A DNA stretch of 64,000 nucleotides. Source: Phallusia mammillata. Taxonomy: Eukaryota. The position numbers were made by a program, and so were the translations under genes. The notes beneath the pieces were generated by a model. It ran no database searches. It was given only the letters and a program-made list of their open reading frames with translations, and was not told where the DNA came from. Shown in pieces: positions 1 to 12,500 of this stretch. How positions within the stretch are numbered: the first letter of the stretch is position 1; the number at the start of each line of letters is the position of its first letter. The stretch is from contig OZ281501.1 in NCBI GenBank assembly GCA_965637545.1, forward strand, positions 2,604,001 to 2,668,000, in the 5' to 3' direction.

Positions 1-557
1 AATGTATTAGCTGAATTGTAGGAAACTAAGATACGTTTGCAATTAAGGGCTTCGTTTGTATGTACAAGAACTGCACTTAGTTGAGCATTTATGTTGACAT
101 TTACAAAGACATTGTAAATGTCATATAACTCGGTATTGATAACTAGTGTTTCGATTAGTGCTCGTATTGGCAAAGAGCACCTTTTGTACTCCACTAAGCG
201 TAACTTTCGACTCAATTGAGCGACACTAAAGTCAAAACATAAACTCAAATTGTAGCGATACCCAAGTTATTAGAACTAAAGTTTTGTCATGTTGGGTATG
301 GACTCAACTACACGTAAGAACAGCACTTTAATTCAGCAGTTAAGTTAACTTTCCTCAAGTTTTAACTCACTTGAGGGCTAACACTTATCCTTAAGTGTAT
401 AAGTCTACGTCGTACTAAAGTAGTGGCATTTCACTGGATCAGATAAATTTGTGGTAAATCGGTTTCGATAAGTTGCAAAGGGAGTTTGAGCTGCAATTCT
501 CTAACTAGTAACTTCGACTTGTTTGTGTAGTTCTTTGTACAGACATAACATGTCGGC

Positions 558-3500
558 ATGGGTTTAAACAAGTGTGAACCAATCTTTTGTGTGATTCTGA
601 CTTTATGGATTACAACTGGGTCTACCCTGGTTGTAAATTCAGAGGGTAAGTGGTTAAATTTACTTGATGTAATCCTCTTATTTTTATTAAATTTTAACAT
701 AGATAATAAGGCCTCGTCCAAAATGGAATTTTTATACCGATTGCATTGCTTTCAGTTGTTAAGTTTTCAAAGTTCATTGACGCATACTGTTTATTGTCCT
801 TTATGTCTAGGTAATGGTGAATACATACGTCAAAAGAATACATGAAATAACAAAACATACTTTACCAACAGTCCACTATTATACTATACACTGTACGATA
901 CGCAAAGTATAGTCGGCTGAATGCCTTTTGTCTGTGGCTTTTGCTTGGTACTATTTAGACACAATTAGGCTATGCTTATGACTACACGTGTCAACGTTAG
1001 ATAACATTGTCCTATACATACTTTTCATTATTTTTTAGCCCCCCATTGCTGTAGATATGCTTCACACAACGAAAGATGTCAAGACACTTGTATACAGGTG
1101 AGATAGGCAGCTAGCACCAAAAATCTGTCCCTGCGGTGAAGCCCATATGCTATCGTGTTAAGATTTTGATGCGATAAATGCGGTTGCAAACGGGAAACAG
1201 CGTGAGTCATGTTTTCAGTAAGGACGATGGAATTTAGAAGCAGTTTATAAACTTGTTGAGTTTTTTAAACTATCAATGGCTGTTTTACACACGTAAGGGA
1301 AATGTTTATTCATTTTGATTGATTGAGTTTACTTTAATCGTAAATTAAGACTACAATTTTAGTTGGTATCAGGAGCACTGTCGTGGACTGTCTTCAAAAA
1401 CCTTTAAAAAGTCATTTGAAATTTAACCGGATGGGCCTTGTGAATTCTGCACGTTAATAATGAACAGATGTGCGTTTGATGTCTTCAATTTTAAACTGAT
1501 GTAGGACCAAAAAGCATGTCCGGTTTCGAACCACATTTCCTTCCTAAAACAAGTGTCCACAAAGTCACGACGGTTTGTTAAACCTCAATTGGTAACAACA
1601 TGCGTTTCTCGTGCACTACGAATCGTACCACAGATGCCAAAAACAGTCCAAGCACTTAAAACACTGCCCGTCTGCACGACTGTCTGCGACCCTCAACAAC
1701 ATAAGATAGCAAACCATCGACCCAATATTAGCCACAACGTGAAACAGGCGTATGCACTTGTGTAGCATGGCGCTCTTAGACAAGCTACAGGGGCAACTGA
1801 AGCCGAATTCCTTTGCTACTATCTTGTCATTGCCATGCTGCATGCATGTCAGTGGTGATAATGTTGACATTTGGAAATGGGTTTGCCTGACCGCAAGGAC
1901 AGTGATGTAATGTATATTGAGTTTATGTAATAAATAAATCACTGATGATGGCAAGAGCATTTGCCGAAACGTTTGAACAATAAAGCATGTCGCTTTTTAC
2001 GTCTATTTGGGCCGTTATTTTCACCATTAAACTTATGAACAGATCCGTATATAGTGTTCCAAATTACGCAAGTTTGTAGATTAAAGTTATACCTGGACAA
2101 AAACAATCTTGAAATCATTTTTTTTACTTTGATCAAAACCTTTAAAGATGGCACGGTCTTTAAAATACGGTAATTGTAGATTATAGTCCCACAAACACAC
2201 AGATTTCAAACAAAAATGAACGATATTATTACACTTATTTTGACAACTTTGTATGCGCAGATATTCAAGACACAAGACCCAGTATTTCGTCAAGAACTAG
2301 AAATTCGTTTTCCCGTTTCATGTCCAAGGAGCGAAAGACAATTGGTAAGAAAATAATTTACATTTACATTTTTCGTTACTTAAGTCTATACCAAATTGAA
2401 ACCTTGGCCTAATCTTTATTAGTTAACAAGACAAAAAGTGCACTGGAGACAAAAAATGTATATTTTATGCTATAAATATTGTCATATAGCTCAGAATGGC
2501 CGAATTTAAATCGTGTGTCAAGGCGCCTATCTTCAATATATAACACTGCCCGTGGATTTAAATCTATTTATCAAAGCATCTCCGGTTTCAAGATTATACA
2601 ATAGCTTTCTGAATCATACTTTGAGGCTAATTTTAGAGACCCCGCACCCGAGTAAAAGCCATGTTTTTAGCAAATAGACATGTTACACACTGTTTATGAC
2701 GTAATTTTGTTCTCATTTATGACGTTGCAATACTAATTCATTGTAATGCAATTATAATTACAACACAAAGTAATGGTTTTCGCTAAAGCGGCCATGTTTT
2801 AACGTGCATAAGTGTAGGAGGGTGATATAGTACTGCGAAAAACTGCTGAATATTAGGTTTATTTAGAGCAGGCTCGAATAAAAGATAATTATATCCAAAA
2901 GGTTTTTCACATTTGTCATAAAATGTGGTCTAACACTATAAAAAATAAAATAATTAATGGTAAATGTACCATGCCTTTAATATTCAGAGAGAAATAAAAC
3001 TTTATGGAAAACGTGCGTTACACTTTGAACTCTAACATGCAAGTTAGTAAGGTTTAAAAACTGCGTGGTAAGAATGACACAAAACTTTGTAAGGGCAAGT
3101 CCTAGCTATGGACAGTCTTATGAATGGACGTATTGTCCAATCAGCTGCCTAACGACTACAACATATTCTCACATTAACCGCCTACGCTGATGAAACTCGG
3201 AATGACGTGGTATTTGCGCAGTCGCTATTCCTGTCCTCGAGTGCTCAGTTTATTGCACTTAGGCGTCACGCATGAATGAACATGTCGTGAAGACCAGTTT
3301 GTCATCGTTAAGCGATGGAAAACGTTTACATATGTTTTGGTTTGGGAGAAATGTTGACACCCCAAATTTTCATTTTCCATGATGATTTTTACCAAATTTC
3401 TCCTAATAAAGACGTCGATTCTTTACAGATAGATAATACATTTACACGTAGTATTCTATACCCATATACCCTGTCCCCAATTTTCGTAAAAAACGCGATA

Positions 3501-6500
3501 CATTTATAACTATTCGTTTTTAAGTATATATATATACAATCCATAAAGGGCAGATGCCTTTATTTTATGCATTTTTCAGCGATTTTTGGTGCATATACAT
3601 ACACAATGGCCATTTTTCTGACATTTATTTGTAACGTTGGTGGTCTTGGGGATAAAAAAGTATGTTAGATACAGTACGTGGTACAATGCCACCTTTATCT
3701 AAATTTATGACCTTCATATTTTCAAAAAATCAGAACGCGAAGCCCATATTTGAATTACACACAAAAAGTGTTTGTGTTATCAACAGCAAACAAGCCCCAC
3801 AAATCCAGGGAATAAAAGGCCCCACTAATAGCCCCAAAGGTCCCAATCAATCGACAATTTGCACAAAGACCCCCCTGTCACGAGGGTATATATTATTGGC
3901 TGTAACTGTTGCCCAGTAAAGGAGCAATACGTGATGACACAATAAAGAAGCGACAGAAAACGTTCTTTGATCGGCGCCGAGCTGTCACGCCTGATTTGCA
4001 GTGAAAGCACGTGGTTGCTTACGTCATAGCGTCCGGAATGGGACCTACTCCTGCTAAGTTGGGGCCGACATTTTTTGTCTACCCCTAAAAGTGTCCATTA
4101 ATGCGCTAAAACCCTTTTATTAGACGCACTTTATTGGTTTTGCTAATCACTTTGGCAAGGAAGGTCTATTGACTGAAAATTTTCTCCTATCCCATAAAAT
4201 ATATTGGTTATCTTTTAGGCCGATTTAGTGTAGGGTAATTTGTTTTAGAGTTAACTTTGTATTCAAAATTTCATTATGCTAACTTTTTGGGCAAGAGGTT
4301 TTTGTTGTGGCAAAACATAAAATCCTACAGTTTAAAGAACGCAGTATACTTCTTTGGGTGCTTAATTCCGTGGTTAAAACACAATCATTTAATTGTGGGT
4401 TCTCATATGTTTAGCATACTTTCCAGTTGCTTATTAAAATAGAATATACTTCGAATGTATGAAGTTATCTGATACTGAATAACATTTTCAAAAAACTACG
4501 TAAACATGTGCAAATTCAGTGAATAAAATGGAATCTAATTTTTGTTGAAAGCAATTGCATGGCTGTGTGATGTCTTTGACCAGCAAGGACAGTCACAACA
4601 GAACAAACAAACATAAGAAAATACAACCAACATGGCTTATAAAGTTTGTCCAGTTTAGGCGAAACGCTTTCAAGTTTTAACTTAATTTTACCTGCTGAAA
4701 CATTTATAATGTATTAAAATTTGGCTGTATTTTTGTAAAACTAACTCCGTATTTCCAACCTATAAATTCGTCACACAATCCCAGTTCTCCAACGGCCACG
4801 TGGGGTCCGAACTTGTTGTCTCTGTGACAGGATAGGGCCATTGATGACGGACAATGGAAACGTTCCACAGTTTGCAACAAGCCTTCTAGAATAGCGAGTT
4901 TGTTTAAGTCCATTGTGACGTCACAGTGATGTTCCGTTCGACGCCAAGAGTTATTTGAGTTGGAAAGTAAGCTTGTTAGGCAGTGTACGAAGCACTGTAG
5001 ACCCATTGAATGGCCGGATTAGGGTTTTTAACTGTTTTGTTATCTTGTTGCGGTAACTTGAGGTCCAATATGTTGCGCTTACGTTCGAGTCGACACTAAA
5101 CGAAGACATATTCGCCAAATTCAGCTTTTAAAAATTGATTGACTGGATTTTTTTCACATTTGCGAATTTTTAAATGACGAGAGTTGCACATTTTTCCGTT
5201 ATGGTTGTGACGTCACAAAGAGTGTAGTGATGTCATATGAAGTCCACAAAGGAACATCTTTCATTTACAAAAGTGTCAATGCAGCAAAAAGTATTGTGTC
5301 CTACGTAAAGCGACAATGATGTCACCTGATAAAACTGTAGAATCATTTGATTATTGTCCATTAGTCGCCATTTAAATTTATTTATCTACGTCATCAGAAC
5401 ACGAATATACGCGTCATGTTTATATTTGTCGAGTCATGTCGCCAAACTGTGTAAAAATTATACGTTGTAGGCCTGTAGGGGTTAGACAACACATTTAGTT
5501 AGATTGTTTTCTCCCAAACTGTGGATTAAAAGTATTTTGGGCAAATGATGGCTTTCATATCGGCGACTTAACTTCGTTGGAATGTTGGCTGGCGAATTTT
5601 AATCGCATTTTACCACATTTCTGTTTATTTTATTGAGACTAACTGCAACAATCTTTAAATATGCTATGTAAACCCCCGTAAAAAACAGATTCGGTTAATC
5701 CGCACCTTCGACTAATTCGGACAAAACTTGAGGTGCAAATTATTTGTAATGTGGTAAGGCTTGAACTAATCGACATCGGTTAGTTTGGATCATCGCTTAA
5801 TCCGAACAATTTGTTGGTCCAAACTGGTCCGGATTAACCGAGGTTTATTGTATAACGGTTATATTGGTGTAAAATATTCCAAGTAAACCACATTTACTAT
5901 CTACTTAATAAGGCAATAAATGCGATATGAAGCACCGCTAATTTCTTATTTTTACCGGACACCGCATACATAAAGGTATGCTCGTAATTCAACGCTCACA
6001 AAAATCACTGATTGTAACATTCCTAGCAGTTCAGTATATAAATGTCCATATTTACATACTTGCGTATTTCAATGACAAGAATTTTCTTTTTGTAGAAAAA
6101 CCTCTGGACGTGTTTAGACCAAACGAATGGTGAGTGTTTGTGTTTTCATATTGTTGGTAAAATTGCTCCAAGAAAGTTAACATCGAGTATAGAAATTGAA
6201 ATTGAAAGATTTTAGTTTCAAACCTTTTTTTGCCTATACTTAATTGCAGAAAGAAGAAAAAAAAAAAAAAAACATTTGGCATTTCTTTTCCCAAAACACA
6301 CATGACCTTTTCGCATAACTTGCATTTATTGAACAAACTTCATTTGATTGGCATATTTTTTCTTAATGTTTTGCAAACAAATGCTTAAATGTGGTTAAAG
6401 TGAGGTTGTGGTGCAAAGAAAGCCAATTTGTACGTGGGAATGCTACGTTATTGAGGTATGTTTTTGTAAACATTGTTTTAACAACACAAATATGTTTTTC

Positions 6501-9500
6501 TGTTGAATTTAAACGAATCTTGTGACGGTATTTATGACGCTTTAGATACGTTTTACAATTATGGCGCTTTTCAAAACTCGGTTATAAACTGAGGCGATTT
6601 TTGAATGACTTTAACGTTTGAAATGAGCTTTAATAGAAGCTATTCTCTTGGACACGAGTTCTTTAAGTTAAATTTGCAATTTCTTTTCACACTATTTATT
6701 GTGCATATTTTTGGTAGTATTTTGCCGTAGTTGAAAGCACACAACTAGCTCAATAAACCCGATTTTAGCATTCAAAATTAATAATCTAAAATGCTCCTGG
6801 TCGCAATATTTGCATTCTATCCTAAACTATATGTTTTTATATTTATTACAGACTTTGAAATGCTATATACGGATCTGTTCATAACATTAAAGCCGAAAAT
6901 AACGGCCAAAATAGACGTAAAAAGCGACATGCTATATGCAAACGTTTCGGCAAATGCTCATGCCATCATCAGTGATATGAGATGGTCACGCCATTGATAC
7001 AGACTACTACGGCAAAAACGTTTTTCATTTAACAGTTCTGGTAAATCAGTAACTAGCAAGTTATTACCGGTCTTTATATAATGCGACTTTAATTAGTGGT
7101 TGTAATGGCCTCAATCGGTCGTATCAAAGAAACATTTTGTTTCTGAGATAAAAACACGCTTTTGTGTCATGTTATTAATCTCCAAAATCAGTAACGTTAC
7201 GATTGGGACGATTTGATTGGTTTATATTTTGCCGTTTGACCCGTCGTCTAATTTACTTTTATTTGTAGAAACAAATTGGTTTATGCGTGTTGGGAGGTTG
7301 TAAAAAAACACATAATGTTTTGGATTTTCGTACAACTAACATGGCATAAATATTTTTATAGAGTATTTCTTATTTTAAATTTATACATAAACTTCGTTAG
7401 TCGTGAGTTCAAACAACTAATTTAAAAATCAACAAAATATTACTTAAAACCGTGTATCGGTGATTCTGAGTTTTACAAAGTTGCTTAGTTATTAACATTG
7501 AATACTAACATTGGAAACGTGAGCTGCGTATGTTCTCCGTCACAGTCAGGAAGTCCAAGTCGTTATTTCTTACCTCACCGGACCCTCAGTATTGACTTGT
7601 ACAAGACATCTGTCAAAATATACTTAACCACTTGACTTACTAAGTCATTAGCCCAGTTGGACAGGTCGCTAACGGTGGTTAACCAGACCAGGCAAAAAGT
7701 CTTGATGTGTTTTTTATTCTGAATTATACGAACCAATACAAAATATTCCATTCAGTTTAATACGACAATCTTTTCATAATTTTTTTGCTTAATATTAATA
7801 CTCTTATAAATTAAAACACAAGTTATTGCATTATGAGGGTTTAACATAATGATCAGATAGTTTGTTTAAAAAACTGTCATACAAATTTGCTCCCCTCGCT
7901 ATAAAATTGACGGTCTTTTTCATCGGAATTTCGCCAGAAACTTGTTACCCCCGAAAAATGAAGTTAAGCCCTAATGACATACTGTTGCCCCTTTGGTATC
8001 TGCAAAACTCGCAATTTGGAACAATACCCCCTAACCTATAAGCCATGGAGACAATTATGGGGTTTTACTTGATTATAGTCCTCACGTATTATGAACACCC
8101 ACAATTTATGGCCAGTGCTATTGTATTAGCCTTGGGTATCTCCTAAATTATTTAACCGAATAGCACCTGATGTCATAGCGCAAAATCAGTGAGGCGTATC
8201 GCCGCCAAAACAATAACCTCAATTTTTAGGTACGTGTTGATAATGCGCATTTAACTGGCTTCAACGATTCTACGCCTGTTTGGCAATATGACGTGCGAAT
8301 GATAAAGTCGCGTCAATTACTTGAAAACTGCTCTTAATACTGGCATTAATTTGCCGTCCGCGGGCAAGTAGAGATGAATGCAGGATCTCAGAGCCATGTC
8401 TGCCCGTAATTTGTTTGTTGTTTCGACACACCCCGTACGGCCCCTTCGCCCTAATGTAACTATACGCATCCATTGGGGCCTGAAGTTTGGGGTTTCCTTG
8501 GCCCCAGTTCGTCGCTCCTGGGGCATGAAGAGACCCCAGCGGTCCAAAACATCGCGATTGACGATTTGTAACTGTGTGCTGTCGTCACGCCGATAATTCT
8601 TCATCTTATGTCACGCGCACGCTTATGGTTGTTTTTCTTAGTTTTGCAAATTTGCAAGAGAAATGTATACCCTAGTGCGCAGGCTAAAGCTTTTTCTTAA
8701 CTTTATATATGTGATAAATGTGCACGTTTTTGCTTTGTGTTTGATGGTGTTGTTTGTTTAAACAGGTTTTTACACTTTTCACTCACATAATTTTAAATAT
8801 ATTCCCATGTTATGTGCATTATGTTTGGGCAATTACTGCTCGACCAAATACCCAAGCGTATACATATTTATAACTTAAAGCCGGCAACTGAAGAATAACA
8901 GCAACGTAGGTTTTATGAAAGGCATACACCATTGTTGCCAAACTTAATTACAAGAATTCACATGTCATTCTGACTGAAAAATAGACTCTGTCTACATATA
9001 AGGCTCCATTTTAGACTCAATTTCTCCGTTTTTGTCTGCATAAGGTTACATACACATTTTATTGGGAAATTTGATAATATGGGCCTAGCCGTTTAAAAAA
9101 TTACGCTTGTAGTACAACTAAATGACATAAAAGTTAAGTTGCACCAATTGTTTTTGATTTTGCGACCATTTTCTCAACCACGCGCACAAAATCAACAAGC
9201 CCAGCCCCATCCGGTCAAAACTGCATAAGCCTTTGAACTTCGTACTTGAAGCGTGCTAAATCCGCTGATACCAGACCCGAGCTATTGAACGCAGCTTCCT
9301 TTGTGCAAGTCCTTCGAATTGAAGATCAAGGCTATTGGTTAAATCAACGGGATAAAACAGAACACGCGTGGTGGGAATTGTAACTGAATATGGCTTGATG
9401 CAAATAACTGAATTTGAATGTCTATGGCGATTTTTGGTTGATTTTCTGACTGATAAGGTGCTTTAAAGTTCGTTTGTTCGTTAGTTCGCTTGACCTTTAA

Positions 9501-12500
9501 TTAAAAGTTCACAAAATGTGGGGCCTTTTTTTAACTTTTCAGCAAAAGCAACGTGATGCCATACAACATAAACTAAAGGGTGCGACGCGATGTTAAAGAA
9601 AAAAAGAATTAGTCAGTGATAAAATACAAGCGGATTGGAGACAAAGACGTTTGTACCTGACGCATTGGCACGATAGTTAAACCTTTTGCCAACAGCATTG
9701 TGAACCCATATACCTGAACTTCATTGTTGACTACTGCGAGCATCTGACATAGTTGTAACTCAATCCGACTAAAATGCGCTTTAGTTGACATTGGCCTTGT
9801 CTAACCATCGGAATGTTGTGATGTGTTGACACTCTTGAGTTTTGTAAGTTGACACTGAAAACACGACTCATCAGGATTTGGCAGAACTCGCATTTGCCTA
9901 AGTTGACTGGAGTCAATTCGTGATCCTTGGGTCAACACATTCGCATTCATTCACAGCAGTTACTTAAGGTGGAAATGCATTTACAATTTTTGTACACATG
10001 AAGATGTTTTTAAGTTTGTTGGTGTTGTACCTAGGTTATAACTTGGCTTGCACAAATGGGTTAATTTCACAACATTAAGATTAATGAGATATAACAGCCC
10101 GAATTGAAGTAAAAAGCGACATGCTTTATTGTTTTGATGTTTCGGAAAATGCATATGCCATTATCAGCGATTTGAACATCAGTCACACCCGTTATATACA
10201 TATTATTCGTTTTGCTTATAGATTGTTTTTTGGTAAAGATTGTTTTGGGTGGCTTACCTAAATGCGTGTAAGTTATAAGATACTGCGTATTGACATCACA
10301 AAAAAGCATTTCGATATGCATGATTGAAAATAGGCATTTGAAAAGTTTTTTTCGGCTTGATTAATTTATGAATAACATACTCAGAAAACTTTAATGTGTA
10401 GACAAGTCGTAATAATTGATCGACTCATCACGTTTCATCATTGAAACGAACCGACGTGTAAATTGGCTTGAAAAGGCAAAACCTTGCTTCGAAAATTTTA
10501 ATGGTAAAGTTAAATAAGACCTAAAATAGTTAAACTCGGCTCACAAATATAAATGAAGCAAACGTTTTTAAGCTTAACGCGGTAAAATTAAAACTGATCC
10601 ATGAAAAGATTGCACGTGTACGTTTGATGACCTTGAACCGATCTGTACGATGACCTTCACGAATTTGTGGACGGTGGAAACAATTTTGGCCTTAACACAA
10701 GTCAATCACATGGGTTGACGCAAGTTTCGCACCACCACTGCATGTAATCGATTTAAAAGATAAAATCAAATATTACTAAATTTCGAGACCCGAAGACTTC
10801 AGGGCAAAATTTCAGTAAAACTTAACAACAGCATTATAGCGCTCAACTATATACTGTTAAATGTTGAAGAAACATTACCGTTATTAAAAGCGTTGCTAAA
10901 ACGAATAAATACCGTTTTTGTATTTGGTAAACTAAATTACGTAGTTTACGAAACATTGGCCTGATTAAAAGCGACGCCAAAACCGAATAAACACATTTGG
11001 TAAACAAATTTGCGTTAACTCGACTCTTTGAGCTAAAAGACTGGTCTAAAATGTAAAATATGCTGATAATTCCTTTTCACTACAGTGGATAAATAACCAG
11101 TAAATATAGATTTAGGCTTGCATATATCTTTAAAATAATGTAAAATTAAGCGTTTGATATTGGCGTTGGATGTAAATCTGGATATACTGAACAATTTCAC
11201 TACGAAAGAGGCCTTTGATTTTTGGGACATTAGACAAAGTTACATATGGTGAACATATGTTATTGCAGGTGTTGTTTTAGTCGTGGCTGTTGTCATCATC
11301 AGTGAAAAAAAAGTAGTAGTTAATGTATTTTATATTGCCCAAAATTGGTTCCCAATATCTGAAACCTTACCTCTAAAATTGTTTTACGAAGATTTCTCCC
11401 ACTGTCAAAACAAGTTAATTAACTCAACCAATAGTTGTCGGACCGTGTTTTGGGCGAATCGCTTGTTAAAATTCAGCGGTCGCCGGAGGCTGGCTTTTGC
11501 TTAATTTGTCAACACAACTTCCATCAACATTTACACCTCCGCAATAGCTTCAAGCAACCGTTCGCCCGGGAATGGAATGCCTCACAAACCCAACACATAT
11601 TACGATTAATAAGTCCCTTGAAATTAACAACCTTGCAACATATATAGTGGTCCATCTGTCTCTCTTTTCCTCTTTTCATTAAAGTGGCGTTCTTGGTATT
11701 TAAAAGAGATTGCGTTATTAACAAGTAATAAGTTGTTGACAAATAAAATTTTATGTACAACCCAAAGGACTTGATATAAAAACAATGGAAACATTGTATT
11801 GGTTATGACGTCACAGCGACGGTTATGACATCATATTGTCGCAGCACAATGATGTAACAATAAAAAGCCATGTTACATGAAATGGCCAAAATTTTGACTT
11901 TTTCAGAACAGGACGAAAACGATTTGTCAAAAAAATGTTTTTCAACAGTGACACTGACTTTCGTCATGGTCTGGTGAGCACGATTTGGCAGAACAAACCA
12001 TAACATTTCCTTGCGAAAAATACATTTGTGTTCGTGTCGCTCAAAAATGCAAACCGTCTCTCGAAACTCGCTGATTTCAACTCATACCGTAGCGAATCAT
12101 ATTTTTACAAAGAGGCAGCATTCTCAAATACAAATAGCAAAATTTTGATCAGGGGATTTAAATTTGAAATTTTAAGTAGTTTTTCAATTTTAATTTTTAT
12201 TTTATTTTATTTTCCTGTAAACTCCTGCATTCTATTATGACGTGGACGGTTGGTTGCTGACGTCATCAAATAAAACTTTTTTATCTTATTCTTTTCTTCG
12301 GGTGGTGGTTACATTGAAATTTTTACTGACGAAAAATTTAGTTTTACGTGGCCGCTAGTGGGCACAAGAGATGCATTTACAGAGAGTTGAATTCGAATGT
12401 TGGAACGTGAATTATTTACACTTTAACAAAGCAACGTGGTAATTTATCCGACGTCGATGTTCGTTTAATCCACGAAGACTTGTCCCCACATATTAAACAT

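Noticed and set aside
3234-3272. miR-92-like seed TATTGCACT in a small hairpin
   Set aside because: The stem is only about 9 bp and the rest of the mature sequence does not match.
8270-8604. Three overlapping 67-95 aa ORFs in a GC-rich block
   Set aside because: No recognisable domain or splice context; long ORFs are expected in locally GC-rich DNA.
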